This document shows positions 1-8,456 of a stretch of 64,000 nt of DNA, one piece after another. How positions within the stretch are numbered: position 1 is the stretch's first letter; the number at the start of each line of letters is the position of its first letter. The notes below the pieces were generated by a model that saw only the letters and a program-made list of their open reading frames with translations, had not been told where the DNA came from and searched no databases. Position numbers and translations under genes: made by a program. The stretch comes from Deinococcales bacterium (GTDB lineage: Bacteria > Deinococcota > Deinococci > Deinococcales > JAAFIG01), in assembly GCA_043778225.1 (NCBI GenBank), contig JAYWGM010000079.1, positions 910-64,909 on the forward strand, given 5' to 3'.

Positions 1-282
1 CATCCATGAAATAAAATATTGTTGCCACAAAACCGAATTTATTCGTGAAAAGGTTCGATTTATCGTGTCATGACTTGGGATGCCATTTGGTAATTCGAGG
101 AATTGCTTGAAAAATTGGTAGCGTGCGACTGCATAATCCGCAATTTCTTCCCAAGTTTCGCATTTAGCGATCATTGCACATAAAGCAATAATAATGATGT
201 CAATGAGCTTATGGAGTTTACTTGGGTGGTCACGACGAGCGTCTTCGAGGGTACTGAAATGTTCGATGATATTGATAATCAT
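1..282 (-). CDS. ISAs1-family (H-repeat) transposase, N-terminal part; runs off the window start
   Basis: Manual translation from ATG at 282: MIINIIEHFSTLEDARRDHPSKLHKLIDIIIIALCAMIAKCETWEEIADYA...LELPNGIPSHDTINRTFSRI. The GIPSHDT motif and H-L-DI...LCA pattern are typical of ISAs1. Not in the ORF track because it is truncated. Confidence 0.92.
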   Translation of the reverse strand, partial: MIINIIEHFSTLEDARRDHPSKLHKLIDIIIIALCAMIAKCETWEEIADYAVARYQFFKQFLELPNGIPSHDTINRTFSRINSVLWQQYFISWM

Positions 283-323
283 TCTTTAGGGTACAGCAAG
301 CTCAACTTGGTGCGTTTGCCCTA
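1..323 (-). mobile_element. ISAs1-family insertion sequence, left end (partial)
   Basis: Transposase plus a candidate terminal IR TAGGGCAAACGCACC (minus strand, about 309-323) that resembles ISAs1 ends. It lies immediately after the stop codon of the 325..918 gene. Confidence 0.75.
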
Positions 324-324
324 G

Positions 325-918
325 TCATTCTGGGTTATCGCTTGCCTTCTGTAATAGCCTTAAAAGCGTCTCGAGTTCAGCTTCGGACAATTTGCCATAA
401 TCCACACTCGAGGGTCTTGCCTGTTGCGTCTGGTTGCTCTCAGTGCGCTGTGTGGGTTCACCAACAGCCAAGCGCATGAGTTTCGAGCCAAGGTCAATGG
501 TCGAAAGTATTGTGCTTGCAGACCACCTCACAGGACGTATGACGATGGTTTGACCATCAGCCGAAACAATTTGCTCGAGAAGTGGGAGTTTAAGCATCTC
601 TTCGGCGCGTTGCATCAGCCGTTCACCCGTTGCCCATTCGCGCTCGAGTAGTGCCTCTTTACGGTCAGCCCATTTCTTAGCACGGTCTTTGAACTCCGAT
701 TCCATCATGGCTAACTCGAGGTCAGCTAAGTACGCATCGAATGCCCTTGCTCGAGCAACCCATTGGTATTGGACTGACCATTTCTTGACCGTTGGTAGGC
801 TTTTGATATGGTTTTGGCATACTTTTTCAAGACTGCGTTCGCTACCCATTTCTGCATACAGTCGAAATGCTTCATAGGCTTTGCTGCTTTCGTCAGGATG
901 TTGTTCCCAAGGTTTCAT
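325..918 (-). CDS. Phage terminase small subunit-like protein
   Basis: N-terminal PWE..PDES.KAYEAF..Y..MG..RSL..V...WS..Y.W..RA.A.D HTH pattern typical of TerS-like phage proteins, a helical middle, and a C-terminal D..KLS..EL..L tail. Confidence 0.7.
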   Translation of the reverse strand: MKPWEQHPDESSKAYEAFRLYAEMGSERSLEKVCQNHIKSLPTVKKWSVQYQWVARARAFDAYLADLELAMMESEFKDRAKKWADRKEALLEREWATGERLMQRAEEMLKLPLLEQIVSADGQTIVIRPVRWSASTILSTIDLGSKLMRLAVGEPTQRTESNQTQQARPSSVDYGKLSEAELETLLRLLQKASDNPE

Positions 919-1286
919 GGCTCATGCTCCTGTTTTTGACGGGTCAAAGAGACTAATTCCCCACCAACTACAAGCCACAAAGCAGGATAGTGTTTCAGAA
1001 TGTCCTCGAGTTCCTTACCAGTCGGGTAGACGATATGGTCATGGGTAAATGTCTCGAGTGCCGCATTCTCTTGCTTACGTCCTTTTCTGGCTCGAGTAAC
1101 GAATTCTCGGTATGCCTTTGATAAACGGTCGGGATGTTTAATCACCAGCGCCGCGTTGGGCAAGTCTGGTATTTGAATCAGGTAAATATCACCGTATTCA
1201 GCTTTGAGTTGGGCTATGAAATCATCGGTCAGCCATTGGGGGCTTTGGTTGCTTTCAGGGTCGCTTGTTGCTTGCTCGAGTGCCAT
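915..1286 (-). CDS. Putative phage tail assembly chaperone-like protein
   Basis: 123 aa with I..LK..YGDIY.I / ...IVYP....L...P.L pattern reminiscent of myophage tail chaperones. Adjacent to the tape measure gene; ATGA overlap with terS. Confidence 0.5.
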   Translation of the reverse strand: MALEQATSDPESNQSPQWLTDDFIAQLKAEYGDIYLIQIPDLPNAALVIKHPDRLSKAYREFVTRARKGRKQENAALETFTHDHIVYPTGKELEDILKHYPALWLVVGGELVSLTRQKQEHEP

Positions 1287-1355
1287 GTTTATACCTTCTT
1301 CTGATACTGGTCAAGACATCCTTATAACTCGAGTGTCTTGTCTTTGACGTGTCAA

Positions 1356-1388
1356 TTTAAGGTTGTCACAAGTTGTGACAACCTTAAA
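1356..1388. repeat. Perfect 33-bp palindrome (16-bp arms, 1-nt spacer) between tape measure and chaperone genes
   Basis: TTTAAGGTTGTCACAA-G-TTGTGACAACCTTAAA. Confidence 0.9.
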
Positions 1389-1398
1389 CGGATTAGCT

Positions 1399-3942
1399 TC
1401 AATTCCCACCGCGTACCTCCAATGTCTCGAGTTCCATAACCTCGCGCAACGCCTCAACAGTCAGCGCCTTGTACGTCTCGAGCGTGGTTTTGTCGGTGCT
1501 TGGTGAACCCTCAACTTTGACCGTTAGATTCACAGTCTTACCCGAGCTTGTATTGCTTGTATTGGCTACTGGGGGTTTAACTCGAGTTGTTACAGGTACA
1601 GGTTGTGGAATAACTGGGGTTCTGGTTGCTTGTACGGGCTTGGTTTGTACTGCTTTTGGTGTCTTGCCAATTTCTAAGGCTCGAGTGGCTACTTGCACTG
1701 GCTTTGGTATGGCTTGCAGTGGCTTGGCTTGTGGACTGGTCTTTTCAACAACCCGATTGACTGTTTGTACTGCTCGAGGCGTGGCTTGTACAGGTTTACT
1801 GTTCTCAACTACTCGAGTTCCCGAACGCCCTGCATTAGAAATGGTTTGTACCACTCGAGACGGGCTATCAATCTTCTTGACTGGACTCTGGACTGGTTTA
1901 GCCATCACCCCTGTTGCAAGGGCAGTTGTGGCAGTCAGTACCCGCATGGCTTTACTGACCATCGGTAGGCTTTTGGTAATGCCGTATGCCGCACCCGCAC
2001 CAATTTCTTGCCCCGCACCCATGAACACTTTGGATGGACTGGCAATGCCCAAAGCGCCCTTAAACCAACCGATTGCCGAATTAGCTGCGCCTTCAATCGC
2101 GGCTTTGACTTGTCTTAACGCCCCAAGGATGCCATCACGAATGCCCAAGATGATATTTGCCCCAAACTGTGCAAACTGTGCAGGCAGTCCAGCAAACCAT
2201 GCCATAGCCCCATTAAAGACCCCTTGGACAGTTGCCCAGATACTCGAGAATGCCGCAGGAAGCGTATTCCAATTTTGAATAAGCCAAGCCAGCGCCCCAA
2301 GTGGTAACACTGGAAACCTTGCTAAGAACGCTATTGCACCATTAAAAATACCTGTCACATTTGCCCAAAGACTCGAGAAGAACACAGGCAAACTGTTAAA
2401 GTTTTGAATCAGCCAAGCGATTGCACCAATTGGCAAGAATGGAAACTTGGCAAGGAATGCCACAGCCCCACTAAAGATTGTGCTAACTCGACTCCATAAG
2501 CCAGCAAAAAACACAGGAAGACCCAAGAAAAACATCTTGACTTTGTTAATCGCTACCCCAAACCAATTGATAATTGGTTGTATGGCAGGTTGGAATTTCT
2601 TCCAATTGGTAATCACATAAATCACCCCTGCGGCAATAGCGGCAATCAGTAAGCCCCAAGGACCCCCAATCAATGGCAGGGCTGCCCGTAAAATTCCAAA
2701 GGCGGCAATCAACAGTTGAATGGCTTGTACAGCAACAATAATGGCTTGTACAGCCTTAAATGCTACAAAAAACGCAATGATTGCAGGGGTGAATGGGGCA
2801 AGTATTTTTGCAATTTTAAGTATCGTACCAACCGCACCTGCAATACCGCTAAAAATTTGTTTGACTGTTTGCACAACTTTTGGACCCTCGGTGCGTAGCC
2901 AAATTGTGGCTTTATCAATCCAGCCAATAATACCAAGTACCAGTTTTTCACCGTTTGCACCACTGGTCATATCGGCTGCACTGCCGAAAACAGCTTTGAA
3001 CAAACCGCCAACACTGCGCTGGAATATGGTTTGGATTTTACTGCCTGGGGATTTTGAAAAATCGGTTAAGTTTGCTAAATTCTCGAGCAGATTACGGACT
3101 GGTACAAGCGGACCCGTGAACTCACCTGTTTTGGCATTGACACTGAGCAGACTGCCAAAGAGTTGACCCGTCTTAGATTGCAAAGTGGATACTAAACCGA
3201 AAATACTTTTTGCTTGCATATCCATGCCCTTACCAAAACGCTGTTTGATAATTTCCTGTACGGCTTTCATGCCTGCCTCTACAGTGCCTTTGTAACTGCC
3301 AGACTTATCAAACTTCAAACCTTTAGCCATCAGCAAGTCTCGAGTGATGCCAAGCTGACTGAATCCTTGCCCCGTTCCGAATGCTTGCCCGAAGTCCGCA
3401 CCTTTCAAAGCAGCAAAGGCAGTAGTGACTTGCTCGAGTGGCTTACCCATACCGCTTGCAAGGTTTCCCGCACTGGTCAAAATGCCCTCGAGTTGCTTGG
3501 TTGTGAATCCATAACTGAGTAGGCTTTTAGTCGCATCAATGATTTGATTGTCATTGAATGGTGTCCGAGCAGCAAAAGCTACGGCATTCGCGTAAAGGTT
3601 AGCGGCTTTGCCAGCATTGCCAAGCATCGAAGTGAAAGCGATAAGGGTCTGTTCCTTGTACCCTGCTGAATCAATAATGCTTTTGATACCCGCCCCGATA
3701 ACACCACCCGCAATAGCAGTCGGTAAAGAGAACACTCGAGACGCGATACTCCCAAAGCCCCGAAGCACACCCATAGCAATACCTACAGGAGCGCGTAAGC
3801 CAGCAATCGCCCTACCGAGTATGCCCGTTTGTCGGGCTGCGGCTTCTTGGGCTGCCCGAACTGCTCGAGTGGCTGCTTCCATCCGCCGTGCTGGGGCGCT
3901 CAGTCGGTCTATTAACGACATGATCCATTGAATTCTGTCCAT
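1399..3942 (-). CDS. Phage tail tape measure protein
   Basis: 847 aa Ala/Gly-rich. Shows D.LS.P start, EQT.IAF.SMLG...A...FAA.TPF TMP motif, hydrophobic core, 43-aa W/F repeats, LGIASPSKVF motif and a KPVQ-rich tail. Confidence 0.92.
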   Translation of the reverse strand: MDRIQWIMSLIDRLSAPARRMEAATRAVRAAQEAAARQTGILGRAIAGLRAPVGIAMGVLRGFGSIASRVFSLPTAIAGGVIGAGIKSIIDSAGYKEQTLIAFTSMLGNAGKAANLYANAVAFAARTPFNDNQIIDATKSLLSYGFTTKQLEGILTSAGNLASGMGKPLEQVTTAFAALKGADFGQAFGTGQGFSQLGITRDLLMAKGLKFDKSGSYKGTVEAGMKAVQEIIKQRFGKGMDMQAKSIFGLVSTLQSKTGQLFGSLLSVNAKTGEFTGPLVPVRNLLENLANLTDFSKSPGSKIQTIFQRSVGGLFKAVFGSAADMTSGANGEKLVLGIIGWIDKATIWLRTEGPKVVQTVKQIFSGIAGAVGTILKIAKILAPFTPAIIAFFVAFKAVQAIIVAVQAIQLLIAAFGILRAALPLIGGPWGLLIAAIAAGVIYVITNWKKFQPAIQPIINWFGVAINKVKMFFLGLPVFFAGLWSRVSTIFSGAVAFLAKFPFLPIGAIAWLIQNFNSLPVFFSSLWANVTGIFNGAIAFLARFPVLPLGALAWLIQNWNTLPAAFSSIWATVQGVFNGAMAWFAGLPAQFAQFGANIILGIRDGILGALRQVKAAIEGAANSAIGWFKGALGIASPSKVFMGAGQEIGAGAAYGITKSLPMVSKAMRVLTATTALATGVMAKPVQSPVKKIDSPSRVVQTISNAGRSGTRVVENSKPVQATPRAVQTVNRVVEKTSPQAKPLQAIPKPVQVATRALEIGKTPKAVQTKPVQATRTPVIPQPVPVTTRVKPPVANTSNTSSGKTVNLTVKVEGSPSTDKTTLETYKALTVEALREVMELETLEVRGGN

Positions 3943-3950
3943 GATTTACC

Positions 3951-4265
3951 TCAAGGTGTTCGTTTTGCAGGAGCAGGGGCTTTTGTGCTTGGTTTGACGG
4001 GACTCCGAACTGCCCAATCTTTACCTTCTGGGTATCCACTTATCACCACACCATTTGTGGCAACTCGAGTTACAGGCTTTTCAGCAATGGTTTTTGTTTT
4101 CGCTTTCGTTGGGCTAACGGTTTTAACTGTTGGACGTGGTACAAACTCCCGCAAGGTCGCCGTGACCGTAAAACCTTCCCTTGGTGAGTACACCCCAGAA
4201 TCAACACTAACAAAATACACTTGTTTAACCCCATGCCTCACCAGACGGTTCTTCTGGGAAATCAC
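3951..4265 (-). CDS. Phage tail/baseplate-like protein, probably a C-terminal fragment
   Basis: HGVKQVYFVSVDSG..SP..G.TVT.TLREF.P resembles the C-terminal half of myophage proteins encoded next to TMP. Start is uncertain (overlaps the rep gene). Confidence 0.4.
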   Translation of the reverse strand: MISQKNRLVRHGVKQVYFVSVDSGVYSPREGFTVTATLREFVPRPTVKTVSPTKAKTKTIAEKPVTRVATNGVVISGYPEGKDWAVRSPVKPSTKAPAPAKRTP

Positions 4266-5067
4266 CTGTCAAAATTGGGTAGTAAGCTTCATCATCCTGT
4301 GTTTCACATTCAGAACGCCACTTAGGAGCAAACCCTTCAATAGATTGCGGTGTAATCATTTCGGGTTTCCAATTTAATTCAAGACAGCGTTTTATAACTT
4401 TTTCTACATCGGTAAGGTTGTAATTTGCAGCAATCAAAGATTTGACAGCTTTACCAGTTCGTGACCTTGCGGTATTTGTCAGGTTTTCAACTGAACCATA
4501 ACAGGCATACGCAATGACTGTAAAAATCAATTGGAATTCTGATGATGCTTTAGAAGGTTTTTCAATCGGTGGACTCGAGGCGGTTTTTGCCTCGAGTGTA
4601 TTAGCTGGAATACCTTCTTCTTTTAAAGCTGGAATACCTTCTTTGCGCGGCACGTCGTGCCGCTTGATACCCGTACCCCTAACGGCATCTCGTGCCGCTT
4701 GACTTGCGGCATCTCGTGCCGTTAGGTTTTGCACCTCGTGCCGCTTTTCTACCTCTGCTTCGGGCTTAAAAGGAAGCAAAAAAATATCATCAGTCGTTCG
4801 GCTGCCATCTTGCCTTCTTCGTAGTCTACGCTGAATCATTCCTCGAGACTCCAAAGCAATTAACACGTCTCGAACTTTGCGTTCGCTTATTTTGCAAACT
4901 GATGCGATATTGGACTGGCTACCCCATGTTCGTTTTTGGTCGTTTGCCCTTCTGCAAAGGTGCGCCCATACCCTGAATTCGTAGGGGTCGAGATTAGATT
5001 CATCCAATTCGGCACTCAAAAAAATGCCTAAGTCGAATGAATTCTTTTTTGGTGAAATGTTTGGCAT
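4225..5067 (-). CDS. Phage replication initiator-like protein with N-terminal winged HTH
   Basis: L.PYEFRVWAHL.RRAN....WGSQSNIA..C.ISERKV...L..LE.RG.I.R..R...G.R.T (HTH_36-type), with internal RH.V/ARDAA repeats. Start taken at MPNISP. Confidence 0.8.
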   Translation of the reverse strand: MPNISPKKNSFDLGIFLSAELDESNLDPYEFRVWAHLCRRANDQKRTWGSQSNIASVCKISERKVRDVLIALESRGMIQRRLRRRQDGSRTTDDIFLLPFKPEAEVEKRHEVQNLTARDAASQAARDAVRGTGIKRHDVPRKEGIPALKEEGIPANTLEAKTASSPPIEKPSKASSEFQLIFTVIAYACYGSVENLTNTARSRTGKAVKSLIAANYNLTDVEKVIKRCLELNWKPEMITPQSIEGFAPKWRSECETQDDEAYYPILTGDFPEEPSGEAWG

Positions 5068-5068
5068 T

Positions 5069-5512
5069 TCACACCTCGCCACTGGTTACGCCGTGCATTT
5101 CCTTAAAAGCATCAAAAATCTGAGCGCGTTCGCTTGGGCTGAGACGGTCGAGCCAGCAGCCGCGTACCTCGAGCCTTGCGCCTGGGTACTCGAGAATGTA
5201 CAGCCGTGCCAGAAGTGATTTAAGATTGTTGTTGAGGCAATACACATCACCCTCGTTTTTGATTGCGGTCTGATAACGCAGGGTCTCGAGAATCAGCGAA
5301 GCGCCAAACGGACGGTCTGGGTTGCCAGCACGTAGGGCGTTAGCTAAAGACCGAAAGCCTTGGTACACAGGCGGGTTTTCACGAATGAACCAAGTGGCGT
5401 AAGCAATCCGATTGTGTACATTGTCATTCCACACGGGTGCTGAAACTGTGTTACTATTCAGGTACGCTGAATTTTCGTCCCCCAACACTATTGGCTTGGC
5501 TATGGGGGACAT
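5069..5512 (-). CDS. Phage hypothetical protein
   Basis: F..ENP.VY..F...A......G..LI.E.LR......Y.LNNN....AR pattern of the kind seen in phage early proteins; in operon context. Confidence 0.6.
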   Translation of the reverse strand: MSPIAKPIVLGDENSAYLNSNTVSAPVWNDNVHNRIAYATWFIRENPPVYQGFRSLANALRAGNPDRPFGASLILETLRYQTAIKNEGDVYCLNNNLKSLLARLYILEYPGARLEVRGCWLDRLSPSERAQIFDAFKEMHGVTSGEV

Positions 5513-5513
5513 T

Positions 5514-5714
5514 TTAATTCACCGCCAATTTCTTAGCTTCGTAGGCTTGTACAACCTCGAGCGGGATACGAATTGCTGGACGGCGCGATGATTCTTTGCC
5601 GATTTTTACCACTGGCAAAGTATTCGAGCGAATCAAACCATAAACGCAATTGGCGTGTACACGCCAGCGTTTTGCCAATTCTTTTGGCGAGAAGAAGAAT
5701 TCAGAATTTTCCAT
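5514..5714 (-). CDS. Excisionase/AlpA-like helix-turn-helix protein
   Basis: FSPKELAKRWRVH...VYGLIR...LP.VKIG.....IRIP...V.AY (HTH_17 pattern); GAGGTG RBS before ATG at 5714. Confidence 0.85.
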   Translation of the reverse strand: MENSEFFFSPKELAKRWRVHANCVYGLIRSNTLPVVKIGKESSRRPAIRIPLEVVQAYEAKKLAVN

Positions 5715-5771
5715 AAAGCACCTCAAAAAAGAGAAACGAACTTTGACAAGCAAAGTAACGAAGCCGCTTTT

Positions 5772-6095
5772 TTAGGCGTTTGGGGCTACTGGCTGGATAG
5801 CTGGGCAAGCTCGAAACAAGGCAAAAAATAGGGCTTTAGACTCACGCTTTGACTCGAGACACCGATTTGCTTTGGTCTTGTCTTGCCAGCGTTCACAGAC
5901 CAGAAAAACAAAAAAACTGCTTATCTCGCGGTACTCGAAAAGCACATCACGGGCAGAATCAATAATGCTTTGCGGGGTTTTGATGCCCATTTTTCGGCAT
6001 TCGGTACGGTACGCAGCAAGCCAAGCACGACGCTGACGAATCATTTGATGCGCCAAATGCCTTTCTTCAAATGCCTTTAAGTATCGCACACACAT
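5772..6095 (-). CDS. Hypothetical protein, first gene of the element operon
   Basis: 107 aa ORF preceded by TTGTGC-N18-TAGTGT directly before the ATG; no recognisable motif. Confidence 0.5.
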   Translation of the reverse strand: MCVRYLKAFEERHLAHQMIRQRRAWLAAYRTECRKMGIKTPQSIIDSARDVLFEYREISSFFVFLVCERWQDKTKANRCLESKRESKALFFALFRACPAIQPVAPNA

Positions 6096-6159
6096 ACACT
6101 ACACGATACATCAACAAACGCACAAGTATTGTATTTGACGTGATTTATTGTGCAAAATC

Positions 6160-6287
6160 AAACGGAACAAAAACGGAATAGGTTAAGTGATTAGAGTTAA
6201 ATCGAGTTACATAAAAAACAAGCTAAGTCAAATAAACTTTTGCTAGACTGATAAATTGAAAATAGCATTAAGTCAGTATAAGTCAGT
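6160..6287 (+). repeat. Putative integrase arm-type direct repeats next to att
   Basis: AAACGGAA at 6160 and 6171; TAAGTCA at 6224, 6269 and 6279 (10-bp spacing); AT-rich region flanking the tRNA fragment. Confidence 0.55.
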
Positions 6288-6303
6288 GAAAGCCTATTTT
6301 CAA

Positions 6304-6349
6304 ACTTCTAACTCGCGGGTCGGGAGTTCGAGCCTCTCTGGGTGCGCCA
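6304..6349 (+). pseudogene. 3' half of tRNA-Arg(TCT): attachment-site duplication
   Basis: ACTTCTAACTCGCGGGTCGGGAGTTCGAGCCTCTCTGGGTGCGCCA: anticodon loop CTTCTAA, T arm GGGAG-TTCGAGC-CTCTC, acceptor 3' strand and CCA. No D arm or 5' acceptor strand upstream. Confidence 0.88.
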
Positions 6350-6409
6350 CTTCAAAAACCTCGAAAAAGATTGCAGTAAAAGAGTCTCGAGCCTGTTAGA
6401 CTACCCACA

Positions 6410-7978
6410 ATGAAACGAATCGGCATCGTGGACATGGGAAGTGGCACAGCACGTTTGGTGGTCTACGATTTTGAAGTTGGCAAATGGTTTCGGTTGTCCG
6501 ATGAAATCCGCGAAAGTGTGCGGCTTGGCGAAGGTTTTGCCGCCACTGGCAAATTATCCCAAGCCGCCACCAAACGCGCTCTGGATGCGATTCGGCTCTA
6601 TACCGACTATGCGGCTGCCACCAACTTAGGGAAACTGACCGTGATTGCCACCAGCGCGGTGCGTGAAGCTGCCAACCGCCGCCAATTTCTCGAGCAATTA
6701 CAAGGTTTTGATCTCGAGTTTCGGGTTTTAAGTGGCGAACAAGAAGCCCAGTATGGCGCATTGGCGGTTGCCAATTCTTTTCAGGTCTCGAGCGCTTGGG
6801 TGATGGACCTAGGGGGAGGAAGCGCTCAGATTTCACGGCTCGAGAAGCGCTTATTTATGGGTGGTCAAGCCTTTCCTTTGGGCTATGTGCGTTTGACCGA
6901 GCAGTTTTTGCAGGGGCAGCGCACAACCGAAAGCGAAGTCAAAGCCCTCGAAAAATTTGTGACCCAGCAACTCGAGCCAACCCTTGCCCAGCTGCGTCAA
7001 GACCCGATGCCACTGATTGCCATGGGTGGCACGATTCGCAATTTGGCTCGGGCGGTGCAGAAACTCGAGGAATACCCACTGGATGCGCTGCATGGCTACG
7101 AGTTAAAACGTGATGCTCTAGAAAACCTGATTGAGCGCTTATTAAATTTACCAGTGTTAGAGCGCTCGAGTATTTCGGGGATTCATGCTGACCGCGCTGA
7201 TGCGATTTTGGCTGGGGCATTGGTGTACCGTACTATTTTGCGCCAAACCGAGACAAAAAGCCTGATTATTTCTGGACAAGGCGTGCGTGAAGGGGCTTTT
7301 TATAAAGAATTTTTACCCCGAGCGCCACATTTATTTCCAGAAGTGCGAATTTTTAGTGTCCAGAACTTATTTGCCCATTATCCGCAAGACGAACTTCATA
7401 CCCAGCACGTGCGAAAACTGAGTCGAAAACTGTTTATGGCACTTGCACCAATTCACGGTTATGGAGCGTCAGATGCGCTTTTATTGGATGCGGCGGCTTA
7501 CTTGCACGACATTGGCATGGCGGTTTCGTACCACGACCACCATAAGCATGGCGCGTACTTGATTCTCAACACCCAAATGCCCGGCTTAACCCACCGTGAG
7601 CAGATTTTATTGGCATTGTTGGTGCAGTATCATCGCAAGGGCGAACCAAAACTTGGGGCTTATAAAAAGGTTCTCGAGCCACAGGATGAAATGCGCTTGA
7701 TTCGTTTATCGGCGTGTTTACGCTTGGCAGAATTCCTCGAGCGTTCAAGGTCGGCACGGGTGCGAGACCTTGAGGTCAGTATCAAAAAAAACCAAGTCAT
7801 CATCCGTTTAATCGCGCTACAAACCCCTCGAGTTGAACTTTGGGAGGCTTCAAAGCACGGCGATTTATTTCGTAAAGCCTTTGGGCGCGAACTGCTGCTC
7901 GAGACCGACGAATTACAACGCAGTGGCACTCAGGATAAGCGCCGCAGCACCCCAGGCGGTAAGATAAAACGCAAATAA
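6410..7978 (+). CDS. ppx: Exopolyphosphatase / pppGpp phosphohydrolase (Ppx/GppA) with HD domain
   Basis: IVDMGSGT, ATSAVREA.N, LSGEQEA, DLGGGS and LHDIG motifs. Confidence 0.95.
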   Translation: MKRIGIVDMGSGTARLVVYDFEVGKWFRLSDEIRESVRLGEGFAATGKLSQAATKRALDAIRLYTDYAAATNLGKLTVIATSAVREAANRRQFLEQLQGFDLEFRVLSGEQEAQYGALAVANSFQVSSAWVMDLGGGSAQISRLEKRLFMGGQAFPLGYVRLTEQFLQGQRTTESEVKALEKFVTQQLEPTLAQLRQDPMPLIAMGGTIRNLARAVQKLEEYPLDALHGYELKRDALENLIERLLNLPVLERSSISGIHADRADAILAGALVYRTILRQTETKSLIISGQGVREGAFYKEFLPRAPHLFPEVRIFSVQNLFAHYPQDELHTQHVRKLSRKLFMALAPIHGYGASDALLLDAAAYLHDIGMAVSYHDHHKHGAYLILNTQMPGLTHREQILLALLVQYHRKGEPKLGAYKKVLEPQDEMRLIRLSACLRLAEFLERSRSARVRDLEVSIKKNQVIIRLIALQTPRVELWEASKHGDLFRKAFGRELLLETDELQRSGTQDKRRSTPGGKIKRK

Positions 7979-8409
7979 GTCCGTTCTGGCAAATACTCGA
8001 GGGCATATAAACTGCATTTTTTGTATTCAAATGCCATCTCGAGGCTCGAGTTACCAGTTAAAAGCTGGCTGGTCAGTTGGCTCATCCACGGTTGATGCCC
8101 GACTAAAAGTAAGCATTGGTTTTTCTGGCTCTGTTCGCTAATTAAACGCAGCAAGGCTTGGTTTGGCGGGGCAGCCAATAAATCCGAAACCTCAAGATGT
8201 TGCGACACGCTTTCTAAGGCACTGGCGGTTTGTCTAGCACGTCGCCATGGGCTAGAAATGACCGTATCAAAATGTATTTCGAGGGCTTGCAAGGTGCGCC
8301 GTAGGCTTTTGGCTTGGTCGTGTCCTTTCAAGGTCAGTTTACGATTTTGGTCGAGGTGTCCAAGCTGGAGTTCTTCGGCATGGGCATGACGCAGTAGGTA
8401 AAGGTGCAT
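7930..8409 (-). CDS. sixA: Phosphohistidine phosphatase SixA
   Basis: LYLLRHA.A, R.LT.KG, SSPW.RA.QTA and LLVGHQP motifs. Confidence 0.92.
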   Translation of the reverse strand: MHLYLLRHAHAEELQLGHLDQNRKLTLKGHDQAKSLRRTLQALEIHFDTVISSPWRRARQTASALESVSQHLEVSDLLAAPPNQALLRLISEQSQKNQCLLLVGHQPWMSQLTSQLLTGNSSLEMAFEYKKCSLYALEYLPERTYLRFILPPGVLRRLS

Positions 8410-8456
8410 GAGGCTATTTTACAACGTCACTCAGACAACGCGGTAGACTGTATGGC

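Larger units (their letters stand above)
1..6349 (-). mobile_element. Integrated phage-related element (satellite-like or reduced prophage), right part, ending at a tRNA-Arg-derived att site
   Basis: Co-oriented xis-like, phage hypothetical, HTH replication, tail, tape-measure, chaperone-like and TerS-like genes, bounded by a 3' tRNA fragment with arm-like repeats. The integrase and left end are not in the window. Confidence 0.8.

Noticed and set aside
1469-2278. 269-aa plus-strand ORF and the many other antisense ORFs in the track
   Set aside because: Shadows of well-supported genes on the opposite strand, with no motifs or initiation signals.
6304-6349. Functional tRNA gene
   Set aside because: The 5' acceptor strand and D arm are absent; it is an att-site fragment.
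7930-7978. 49-bp 3' overlap of convergent ppx and sixA as an antisense system
   Set aside because: Short convergent overlaps are common in compact genomes, and the ppx tail looks like unconstrained read-through.
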